Source: an uncultured archaeon | GTDB taxonomy: Archaea > Asgardarchaeota > Lokiarchaeia > Sigyniarchaeales > SOKP01 | Length of the DNA stretch: 42,503 nt | NCBI GenBank assembly: GCA_964525635.1 | Contig: CAZGJX010000024.1 | Span: 1 to 42,503, forward strand | Direction: 5' to 3' | Part shown: positions 9,754 through 18,218 of the stretch, one piece after another | Numbering within the stretch: the first letter of the stretch is position 1 | Layout: each line of letters starts with the position of its first letter | The notes under the pieces: generated by a model | Databases searched by the model: none | Told to the model about the DNA's origin: nothing | Seen by the model: only the letters and a program-made list of their open reading frames with translations | Position numbers and translations under genes: made by a program

Positions 9754-10721
9754 AATAAATCAATTATTTTAACTTTATTCATCAACATTTCTACAGTCTT
9801 AAAGTCCAATACTCCTGGGCCTGCTCTTAAAGTATTTGCAGCTCCAGTTGCTAATGCATATTTAAATGATTCATTAAGATCTTTTTTTTGGAAATATTTT
9901 ATTATAAAACCAGCCAAGAATGAATCTCCAGATCCAACAGTATCTATAACATCCTTTATTTCTAATGTACCATATTTTTTTATTTCTTTAGTTAATAGGA
10001 TCCCACCTTTTTCTCCTAATGTTATTAAAATAATTTCTAAATCATCATTTAATAAAGAACTAGCTTTTTGAACTATTTGATTACAAGCAACAATAGGTTC
10101 TGAAAAATCCAATTGCTCCAATAATGGATCCTCTAAAATAAAGGAGAGTTCTGTTAGATTAGGTTTTATTATTCGTGGAGATCCTTTAAGACCATACATT
10201 AATGGAGGTCCACTTGAGTCTAAAATACATATTCCTCCTTTTTCTTTACAAATCTTAATCAAATCATAATAAATAGTTGATTTTGTATTTTGAGGTATTG
10301 AACCACAGAATACATAAAAATCATTTTTAACAAGGATTTTGTTAAAAATAGTTTTAAAACTATTTATATTATTTTCATTTAATTCAAATCCTAATTCTCT
10401 TATGTGTGTAGTTGTTTTTTTGATAGGATCATTTATCGTTTTATTTGAACGGGTTTTTCCATTTACAGCAATAAACTCGAAATCAATATTTTTAGACCTT
10501 AAAAAATTAGAGTATAGTTCAAGTTCCTCTTTACCTATAAATGCTATAATTTTGAGATTTACTTCTTTATCCAATTCTCTAATCGCTAAAGAAAATGAAA
10601 TTGCCTTCCCAACAGGATATATTGTACTTTTATTAACTTTAAACGTATGACCTACCTTAAAATTCTCTATTTCATAAATTTGGTCGATTGTAGGATTTAA
10701 TAAAATTGCATTAATTCTCAT
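9750..10721 (-). CDS. PfkB family 1-phosphofructokinase/hexose kinase
   Basis: LLNPTIDQ, GKAIS, IIKPNLTEL, ITLGEKG and DTVGSGDSFLAG motifs. Start moved to ATG 10721 (MRINAILLNP). Confidence 0.9.
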   Translation of the reverse strand: MRINAILLNPTIDQIYEIENFKVGHTFKVNKSTIYPVGKAISFSLAIRELDKEVNLKIIAFIGKEELELYSNFLRSKNIDFEFIAVNGKTRSNKTINDPIKKTTTHIRELGFELNENNINSFKTIFNKILVKNDFYVFCGSIPQNTKSTIYYDLIKICKEKGGICILDSSGPPLMYGLKGSPRIIKPNLTELSFILEDPLLEQLDFSEPIVACNQIVQKASSLLNDDLEIILITLGEKGGILLTKEIKKYGTLEIKDVIDTVGSGDSFLAGFIIKYFQKKDLNESFKYALATGAANTLRAGPGVLDFKTVEMLMNKVKIIDLF

Positions 10722-10807
10722 AACCTTATAACTATTTATAAAAATCTGATAATTCTTATAAAAATCACCAATTTCTATTCTAGTTATCAATCTTTTTTGT
10801 TTAAAAA

Positions 10808-11065
10808 GACCCGCCCTAAGGTTATCAGGCTGTTCGCTCATCACTGAGTTCAAAACATACCTCATAAATATCAACATCATTAATATCTCCGAAGTTTTGA
10901 AGGAAGTTATCCCATAGTACTCAAATCCACGATACGTCTAATACCACTCTACGGAGGGACTATCCTTTTTCAAACGAGGCTCGATATCCTCGACTTGTGA
11001 GAATACCCACTTAAAGATGGAAGGAGAAAACTCCATAGAAGTACCATTTCTTTAAGCACACACAT
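10808..11065 (-). other. GC-enriched intergenic segment: probable decayed gene fragment or structured RNA, ending in a hairpin + U-tract
   Basis: Visibly higher GC than its flanks. Broken minus-strand frames (MEFSPSIFKWVFSQVEDIEPRLKKDSPSVEWY*; VLWDNFLQNFGDINDVDIYEVCFELSDERTA**) end within GCCTGATAACCTTAGGGCGGGTCTTTTT. Confidence 0.3.
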
Positions 11066-11403
11066 AACAATTTGATAATCATTCAATAAGTTATGTGATC
11101 ATAATTCTTATAATATTTCTTAGTTAATTCAATTATACTTTAAACGATTTAACTTAAGAATTCAATAGATCAAACATTTTTAATTATTTACCAATGTTTA
11201 TACTTACTATATAATCCTTTTTAACAATCTCACTCTCTTTAGCTTTATTAAAAGATATTATAGTAAAAGGAGAAATAATTTTTAAATAATAGGAGGGATT
11301 GAGATTAATGATTTTTATAATTCATTATAATTATCTACAAAATTATATCAAATTGGTAAAACAATATAACTAATCCAGTTTTCTATCTTAAAATATCTTA
11401 TTC

Positions 11404-11892
11404 TTAATTTATGAGTATTTTCTCTAATTCAATTTCATCTCTTATTGAAATTCCATTTTCTCCTAAATATGGTATTTCTGGTTTTAATAATCGAGAATTC
11501 TCAATTGCATTTGGATAAATAGAACATATGGAAAAACCATTCTTTTGATAAAATCCCAAAGCATTAAGATTGTCATTAGTTGTTATTAAAAATAATCGAG
11601 TGCATTCTTTATCTTGAGCAATTTCTTCTACAGCTTTTAAAAGTGCTTTACCAATTCCTCTATTTGCTTTCATACTATTTAAACTAATTATTTCGCATTC
11701 CTTATCCATTACATTATAAATTAAAAGACCAACTTTTTTATTTCTAATTAATGCTATGAGAGCGGGTAATTTATCAATATAATAAACTTTTCCTTTTGTA
11801 ACTATCTTGTTAGAATTCCAATATTGTTGACTAATCCGGCTTATCCAATTGATATCTTCTTGTAAAGCTTTACGAATTTGAATTAATTTCAT
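11404..11892 (-). CDS. GNAT family acetyltransferase
   Basis: NRGIGKALL acetyl-CoA-binding motif and LITTNDNLNALGFYQKNGF. Confidence 0.9.
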   Translation of the reverse strand: MKLIQIRKALQEDINWISRISQQYWNSNKIVTKGKVYYIDKLPALIALIRNKKVGLLIYNVMDKECEIISLNSMKANRGIGKALLKAVEEIAQDKECTRLFLITTNDNLNALGFYQKNGFSICSIYPNAIENSRLLKPEIPYLGENGISIRDEIELEKILIN

Positions 11893-11998
11893 AAATTAAT
11901 AATAAATCAATATTTAATAATTAAAAAATATAAGCCTGAAAAGAAGAATATTAAATATTAAACTTGATAAGATAAGTATTAAAAAAATGAGGAGATAT

Positions 11999-12520
11999 TT
12001 ATATTTTAATTTTTATTGAATCAAACGCATATTTTTTACCACATTGCTCACAAAATGCTTTCCCCCTTGATTCTAAAAGATTAATTACTTTTCCAGAAAA
12101 TTTCATCCCACATTCAGAACAATAGCGAGTTTCTTTAGGATATTTAACAGCTATTTTTTCAATATTTTGATTACTTTGATCTATTAATTTCGAATTCATT
12201 TGAGTTGTATAATTATTCTGATATGGTGGAACAGGTTGGTTAGATCTACCTTGAATTTCCTTATATATTCTCTTGCTAAGCTTATAAATTCCAAGTATTA
12301 TAGCTTTAAATAAATAATAAAGACCTAATACTAGATAATAAATGAAATAAGCAACTCCTTTAATAATATAATATGCTAAAATCACCGCTATAACAACTAT
12401 TGCAGCGACAAGAATCACAAATAATATCTGAGCGAATAGTGGTTGTGCCAAGAACCAATCTGCAAATTGATTCCAATGATATTCAATCCATTCTAATACT
12501 TCAGTTTCCCAATCTGCCAT
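11999..12520 (-). CDS. Membrane protein with C-terminal zinc ribbon
   Basis: Two hydrophobic helices; CSECG...CEQCG. Confidence 0.75.
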   Translation of the reverse strand: MADWETEVLEWIEYHWNQFADWFLAQPLFAQILFVILVAAIVVIAVILAYYIIKGVAYFIYYLVLGLYYLFKAIILGIYKLSKRIYKEIQGRSNQPVPPYQNNYTTQMNSKLIDQSNQNIEKIAVKYPKETRYCSECGMKFSGKVINLLESRGKAFCEQCGKKYAFDSIKIKI

Positions 12521-12686
12521 TTATATCAACCAATTTATTAATTTAAATTATATATCTTTAAATAAATAATAGAAAATACGTTATAAGAATTAATTGGAGT
12601 CCAATTTTTATTACATAATGGATTTTAATCCTTTTTTTGTATTAATAAAGCATAAAAAGAGAAATGATGTCTTTAAAAATAACTAG

Positions 12687-13615
12687 TTATGAAAATTTTA
12701 GGATGATTATATTTGATATTATAATAATTATTCCACCAATAATAGTAAATATTGATAATTTTTGATTAAAAATAGCATTATTAATAGTAGCAACAATTGG
12801 TTCTATATAAGAGAGAATAAAGATATTTCCATCAGTATCATTTTTTATTCCAATATTATTTAAAGTGAATGATAATGCTGTAGGAAATAAACCTAAAAGA
12901 AGACATATAGAGACATCAACTAGTGATAGTTTAAAAATATCAAGGACTCCAAAAGGGAAGAAAAAAATAATTAACGTTAGGCAATTCCAAGAAGCTAAAA
13001 AAAGATCAACATTCCCTTGTATAATCTCATCAAATTCATATTTTTTTCTCTTATGATAAACTTTCTTTTTGAAGAAAGTATGTAATGCAAAAGTGAATGC
13101 TGATATTAAACCTATTATGACAGTATATAAAAAGATAAATCCATTCCATACTTCCATAATAATTATAACTCCAGATAAAGCAAGAAAATAACTGAATAAA
13201 ATGGTCTTTGAAATCTTCTTTTCATCTTCTTTCGTAATAAACAATAAAAGTAGTAAAAAAGGGCCACTAAGTCTTAAAAGAAATGCTGCAATTGCATATC
13301 CAGAGAGAGTAATGTTCCAAAAATAGAAGTATATTACTAGAGGATAACAAATCCCAATTGATAATAACTGCTTCCAATGCAATTTTATTGCTTCTTTTAT
13401 GAATTTAAAAGAAAATGAATGTGTTATTATTATTACTATACCTAAAAAACCAATACCGAATAGTCCCCGGAAAAATCTATAGAATAAATTGGAAATTCTG
13501 ATAATAACTCCACTAAAATTCCTACAAAACCCATAAAAAAAGCACCTGATAACATGCTAATTTTTGAAATCGTTAGATTTACTTTTTTTTCTGAATCTTT
13601 CTTGGGAAATTTCAT
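12687..13615 (-). pseudogene. EamA/DMT family transporter with a 1-nt frameshift at 13471-13475
   Basis: ORFs 13442..13648 and 12687..13382 join into one EamA protein (...YSIDFFRGLFGIGFLGIVIII...HWKQLLSIG...SYIEPIVA) if the minus-strand T5 run gains one T. Confidence 0.8.
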
Positions 13616-13663
13616 TAGTTTGACTGGATGGTTAATTATTATTATCAATTAATTACAATAAAA

Positions 13664-15007
13664 TTAAACTAAATTATCATATCTTATTTTCATACTTTCA
13701 TCAATATCAGGAAATTCTTCATCTAATCTCTTTATATCATCAAGATTAATCATATTCTCTCCACAGATTTTTCCATATAATTTTCCACTATCTTTTATTT
13801 TTCGATCTAGTGTTTTATAATCAATATGTACTAATCCAAATCTTGGATTAAAACCCTTTGCCCATTCAAAATTATCAGTTAATGTCCAATGGACATACCC
13901 CCTAACATTGATTTTTCTTTGAATCGCACGAGATATCTCAACAAGATGGGAAATTATAAAATATTGACGCCAAACGTCATTTTCTGTCGCGATTCCATTC
14001 TCTGTGATAAAGATTGGTTTATCTGTTATTTTAGATATTCTTTTTAATACTTTAAAAAGTCCTGCTGGATATGGTTGCCACTCATGGTCAGTAAAAAGAT
14101 ATTTTGAATCAGAATTAGGTAATTTTGGGGAGCTACCATCAGGAAAATGTTTGGATGAGAATAATAAGCGATGATAATAATTTATACCCAAAAAATCAAA
14201 TGATTCTTTCAATATAGGAATATATTCTTTCGATTCATGAGGTAATCTTCCTGTTTTTAAGGCATTTAAAAAGGATTTATTAGTAAAATAATCCATGAAT
14301 TCAGCCATTTTTTGATCCTCTGAATTTTCAGAAAGTATTTCTATGTCATGCATAGCCTTCACGATTCCGACCTGTTTAATATTATATTCTAATTTTAAAA
14401 TCTCATATGCAGAAGCATGCATTCTTAATAAATTATTAATCACTTTCTGTGTGGATTTTAAGTTTTTTTCACATGGGGGGAAAATACCGCGATAATAACT
14501 TACGAATGCTAATATTATAGGTTCATTAATTGTACACCAATAATCTATCTTATTTTTATATTCTTTAGCTAAAAACCTCACATAATCCTCATAAAACAAG
14601 ATATTGTTTTCATTTTTTAATCCTCCCTTATTTGCAAGCCAGATTGGTAATGTAAAATGATGTGTTGTTAGCATTATTTTAATTCTATTTTTAATCAACC
14701 AATCAAACATTTTATGATAATGATTAACAGATTCTATGTCAATAACTCCTTCTTTAGGAAAAATCCTACTCCATTCTATTGACATTCGGTAAATTTTACA
14801 ATTCATAGCTTTAACTAGTTGGAAATCTTGTTCATAGCGATTCCAATGATCTGTTGCTATTCCACACTGCTCTCCTGTTTCTATTTTACCTGGTATTTTT
14901 TCAAACTCCCACCAATCACTATATTTATTATTTCCTTCCGTTTGATACGAAGAAGTACCTACGCCCAATAAAAAATCCTTTGGAAAAAAAAAATTTTTTT
15001 CAATCAT
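13664..15007 (-). CDS. Glycoside hydrolase family 1 (beta-glucosidase/beta-glycosidase)
   Basis: SSYQTEG, YRMSIEWSRIFP, TINEP (acid/base), ITENG (nucleophile) and DNFEW motifs. Confidence 0.95.
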   Translation of the reverse strand: MIEKNFFFPKDFLLGVGTSSYQTEGNNKYSDWWEFEKIPGKIETGEQCGIATDHWNRYEQDFQLVKAMNCKIYRMSIEWSRIFPKEGVIDIESVNHYHKMFDWLIKNRIKIMLTTHHFTLPIWLANKGGLKNENNILFYEDYVRFLAKEYKNKIDYWCTINEPIILAFVSYYRGIFPPCEKNLKSTQKVINNLLRMHASAYEILKLEYNIKQVGIVKAMHDIEILSENSEDQKMAEFMDYFTNKSFLNALKTGRLPHESKEYIPILKESFDFLGINYYHRLLFSSKHFPDGSSPKLPNSDSKYLFTDHEWQPYPAGLFKVLKRISKITDKPIFITENGIATENDVWRQYFIISHLVEISRAIQRKINVRGYVHWTLTDNFEWAKGFNPRFGLVHIDYKTLDRKIKDSGKLYGKICGENMINLDDIKRLDEEFPDIDESMKIRYDNLV

Positions 15008-15196
15008 ATATTCAAAATAAAAATAATTGATTAAATATTAGTAAAATAATTAAAATAAGCAGATAAAAATTATGGTAAATCTCCAAAAAGATAAATTAAT
15101 AAAGGAAATAAAATTAAGAAGAAATTTTGGTATTTTTAAATTTTAGAATTTATTATATATTCTTTTTAATTAAGCCTTTACTTATTTAAAGTTATT

Positions 15197-16417
15197 TTAT
15201 GAAATTTTTGAACCACATACTGGACATATATGAGAATTTTTTACAGTAGCTCCGCAAATTGAACATAATTGAATTGTTTTTCTTGCCTTGGGGGGTCTTA
15301 ATGCTGTTATAGTCATTTTTTCTTCACTTTGCCCTCCTACTTCATTATTCGATTTTACTGCATCTACACTAATTTCTTTTCCAAAAAAGCCCCCAACTTT
15401 AACTTTCTTTGTGATTCTTTCTTGCATTCCCCGATCAGTTTCATCTAAATCAATAGATGGTTCTATAGCAGGTTCTTTCTCAATGGCTTGCATTTGATCT
15501 TCTGATTTTTCTTCTAAAACCATATTAACAAAATCTTTATCTAATTTTAATATAGCACTACACTGAGGACAACGAAATATGTATGGAAGTCCTATATTAT
15601 TAACAATTGAATATTCAGTTGCGCAACAACTATGATATGGACCATCACAGTTATAACATTTATGAACTTCGTCTGAGAGAGCCTCACATATTGGACAAAT
15701 CTTTTGTTCACAGAGGATACAGGTTTTATTATCATCAGGAGAAATAGTAATAAGGTCTGTTGCTAAACGATCATAAAATATATGTTCATCTTCTGATATT
15801 TTACTAGATTCTGTTTGGATCATATTAAATTCACTTTTACTTCGAATTAAGGAGTTCAAATAGTTAGAGAATTGTTTGTTATCACTGCAGTAAAGAGTAC
15901 CACCATAAGTTTCACTTGTGATTACTTTTAATTTCACATCATCATCGTAGAATTTCTCTTCTCCAATACGTATGATATCAATATAAGTTGAAAAATTTTT
16001 CGCTTTTAATACTAAATTGTAAAGTGCAGAATGATAGTCTTCTGATTGTGTGCTTGGGGAATCAGAGAAAACTATCACTCGATATCTCTTTGGAAATGTT
16101 CTACTTTTCTTGAATACATGAGCTAATGTTTCATACAACCCATTTTCAAAATAAGATGATCCAATTTCTCGTTCTTCCCATAAGTCATCAATTGTTTCTA
16201 TGATAAAAGAGGTGTCTTTATCGTATACACTGAAAACTTCTTTTTCTTTTTTGAAGATAACAAAACCATATGTACTATCTATATTTGCTTTGTTATTTCC
16301 TTCAGAAAAAGATTTTATACTCTTTAACAATGTTTTTTTCTTAAGAAATTCTGTAGATAAATCCAGGTAAAAAATAATTTCTTCAGATTCCGATGTTTTT
16401 TCACTTTTTATATTCAT
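15197..16417 (-). CDS. vWA-domain protein with C4HC3 PHD/RING-like finger and terminal Zn ribbon (paralogue A)
   Basis: vWA elements IIFYLDLS, RVIVFSD, YIDIIRIG, LKVITSETYGG. Cys pattern CxxC-x4-CxxC-x9-CxxC-x4-HxxC-x17-CxxC. Terminal CSICG...CPVCG. Confidence 0.75.
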   Translation of the reverse strand: MNIKSEKTSESEEIIFYLDLSTEFLKKKTLLKSIKSFSEGNNKANIDSTYGFVIFKKEKEVFSVYDKDTSFIIETIDDLWEEREIGSSYFENGLYETLAHVFKKSRTFPKRYRVIVFSDSPSTQSEDYHSALYNLVLKAKNFSTYIDIIRIGEEKFYDDDVKLKVITSETYGGTLYCSDNKQFSNYLNSLIRSKSEFNMIQTESSKISEDEHIFYDRLATDLITISPDDNKTCILCEQKICPICEALSDEVHKCYNCDGPYHSCCATEYSIVNNIGLPYIFRCPQCSAILKLDKDFVNMVLEEKSEDQMQAIEKEPAIEPSIDLDETDRGMQERITKKVKVGGFFGKEISVDAVKSNNEVGGQSEEKMTITALRPPKARKTIQLCSICGATVKNSHICPVCGSKIS

Positions 16418-16669
16418 AATCGTTTTATTCTCTCTAATTCATTATAAATTTTATTGAATGGTAAAAGTATGATGTTAATTAAAACTTCAAATTATAAACC
16501 TATATTTTTTTTTAAAAATTTCATTTTACGACTAGTAAAAAAGAATTGTTATTTATTTTTATTTAAAAATCGATCAAAATTCATATTAATCCTATTACTT
16601 AATTGTAAAAAAAAACACTGGTGTCTTTATTTTTTAAGAAATTAAATGGTAAATAAATTCTTCTTTTTT

Positions 16670-17887
16670 TTATGATTTATTTGACTTATTTTCAGTTTGA
16701 GAAAAATACTTTTCATAACAAATTTTTCCTTCCTTTTTTCTAATTTTATAGGTTTTTCCAAAATACCCTCCAACTCTTATGATTTTCACGTTTTCATCTT
16801 CGATATTTAGTAATTGTGGCTTTTCATTTTCAGTAGGTGAATCTTTAGGAATTGAGATATCAATATTCTGAGGAATGTAACTTTCTATATTATCTAAAGG
16901 TGGAGGTTCTTCAACATCAACTTTAGCTGGAATAGAATGTTCTATTTTCTCTTTTTTTTCTACAACAAATTCTTCTTCTAAATCCTTGTCTTTTGCTAGG
17001 TTTTCTTTTGGAAGTTGTAAAAGTATATTACATTTAGGACATCTAAAAATAAATGGAATACCTACATTATTTTCAACTGTATAATCTAATATACAACAGT
17101 TGTGAAATGGAGCTCCACATTCTTCACAAATATTGGGAATATCAAAGACATCTAAACAAACAGGACAAATTTCTTTATCACATAAAAAACATACTAAATC
17201 TTCTTTATTCTCTGGTTCTATTATTTTTTTTGATAATTTTCCATAAAACATAATATCTTCTTGACTTATTTCAACTTCTTCTGGTCCATCAGCATATAAA
17301 TCAACTATATCTTTGTTTTTTATAAATTGGTTAAAAATTAGTTTAAGTTCCTTGTTATTATGTGTATAAAAAATACCACCTTTAGTATCGGAGACTAATA
17401 TATTTAATTTCACATCATCTTTAAAAAATCTATTACCCTCTCCCACTACTCTAATTACATCAATAAATGTTGGAAAATATTTTACCTTTGAAATAATATT
17501 GAATAATGCATCTTGATAATCCCCAGAAAGATCACTTGGTGTGTCTGAAAGAATTATGATTCTATTAGATTTGGATTTTTTTCTTATTGATTCAGCTATA
17601 AAGGATAAGATATAAAATAATCCTTTTTCAAGATTAGATTTTAATTTTAAACGTTCTTTCCATGTTTTTTCAAAAAGTTTATTATAATTTTCTGGATCAG
17701 TCTGTTCATTTATAAATATAGGATTGTCCTCATTATCAAAAAAAAAGAGGTTAAACTCACCCTTAACATTTAATTTCTTCTTTTTATTAATAAATTCTCC
17801 AATAAGTTTGGATATAAATTTATATTTTACAAAATCCTTACTTAAATCTATATAAAAGATTACATCCTCATATCTTTCTATTGACAA
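16670..17887 (-). CDS. vWA-domain protein with C4HC3 PHD/RING-like finger (paralogue B)
   Basis: VIFYIDLS, RIIILSD, FIDVIRVVG, LNILVSDTKGG; Cys/His spacing identical to paralogue A; TTG start. Confidence 0.75.
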   Translation of the reverse strand: MSIERYEDVIFYIDLSKDFVKYKFISKLIGEFINKKKKLNVKGEFNLFFFDNEDNPIFINEQTDPENYNKLFEKTWKERLKLKSNLEKGLFYILSFIAESIRKKSKSNRIIILSDTPSDLSGDYQDALFNIISKVKYFPTFIDVIRVVGEGNRFFKDDVKLNILVSDTKGGIFYTHNNKELKLIFNQFIKNKDIVDLYADGPEEVEISQEDIMFYGKLSKKIIEPENKEDLVCFLCDKEICPVCLDVFDIPNICEECGAPFHNCCILDYTVENNVGIPFIFRCPKCNILLQLPKENLAKDKDLEEEFVVEKKEKIEHSIPAKVDVEEPPPLDNIESYIPQNIDISIPKDSPTENEKPQLLNIEDENVKIIRVGGYFGKTYKIRKKEGKICYEKYFSQTENKSNKS

Positions 17888-18218
17888 ATTTTAATTTAAC
17901 AACTCCTATTATTAAAAAAAATATATTAGAATTATCTTAAATTCTTTTCTATTCAAAAAAATATGATGAAATTAAATATTCTAATAAAATCAATTAGTTA
18001 ATAGAAATTTATTTAATTTTTAAAATAAAGGATATTTATATGTAGATTAATTCTATTTTTTATTACATAAATTAATGTTAGTCAATAGATCTTTGCATTA
18101 GAAAGCTTTTTAAATTCTTACTATAAAGTTTATAAGATTTTAATATTTTTATTAAAACTGAATTATTTATTTTTATTTTAGGATTTATGATTAATAATAT
18201 ATATGGAAAAAGATTAAA

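Noticed and set aside
10722-10880. N-terminal extension of the PfkB kinase
   Set aside because: PfkB similarity begins at MRINAILLNP; the extension runs into the unrelated GC-rich segment.
10808-11065. RNase P RNA, SRP RNA or tRNA
   Set aside because: No GAGGAAAGTCC/ACAGAA P4 elements, no SRP helix 8 motif, and no T-loop GTTCRA cloverleaf on either strand.
11291-11373. SD-like AGGAGG followed by a 21-aa ORF (MIFIIHYNYLQNYIKLVKQYN)
   Set aside because: Very short, composition matches AT-rich noise, and no other support.
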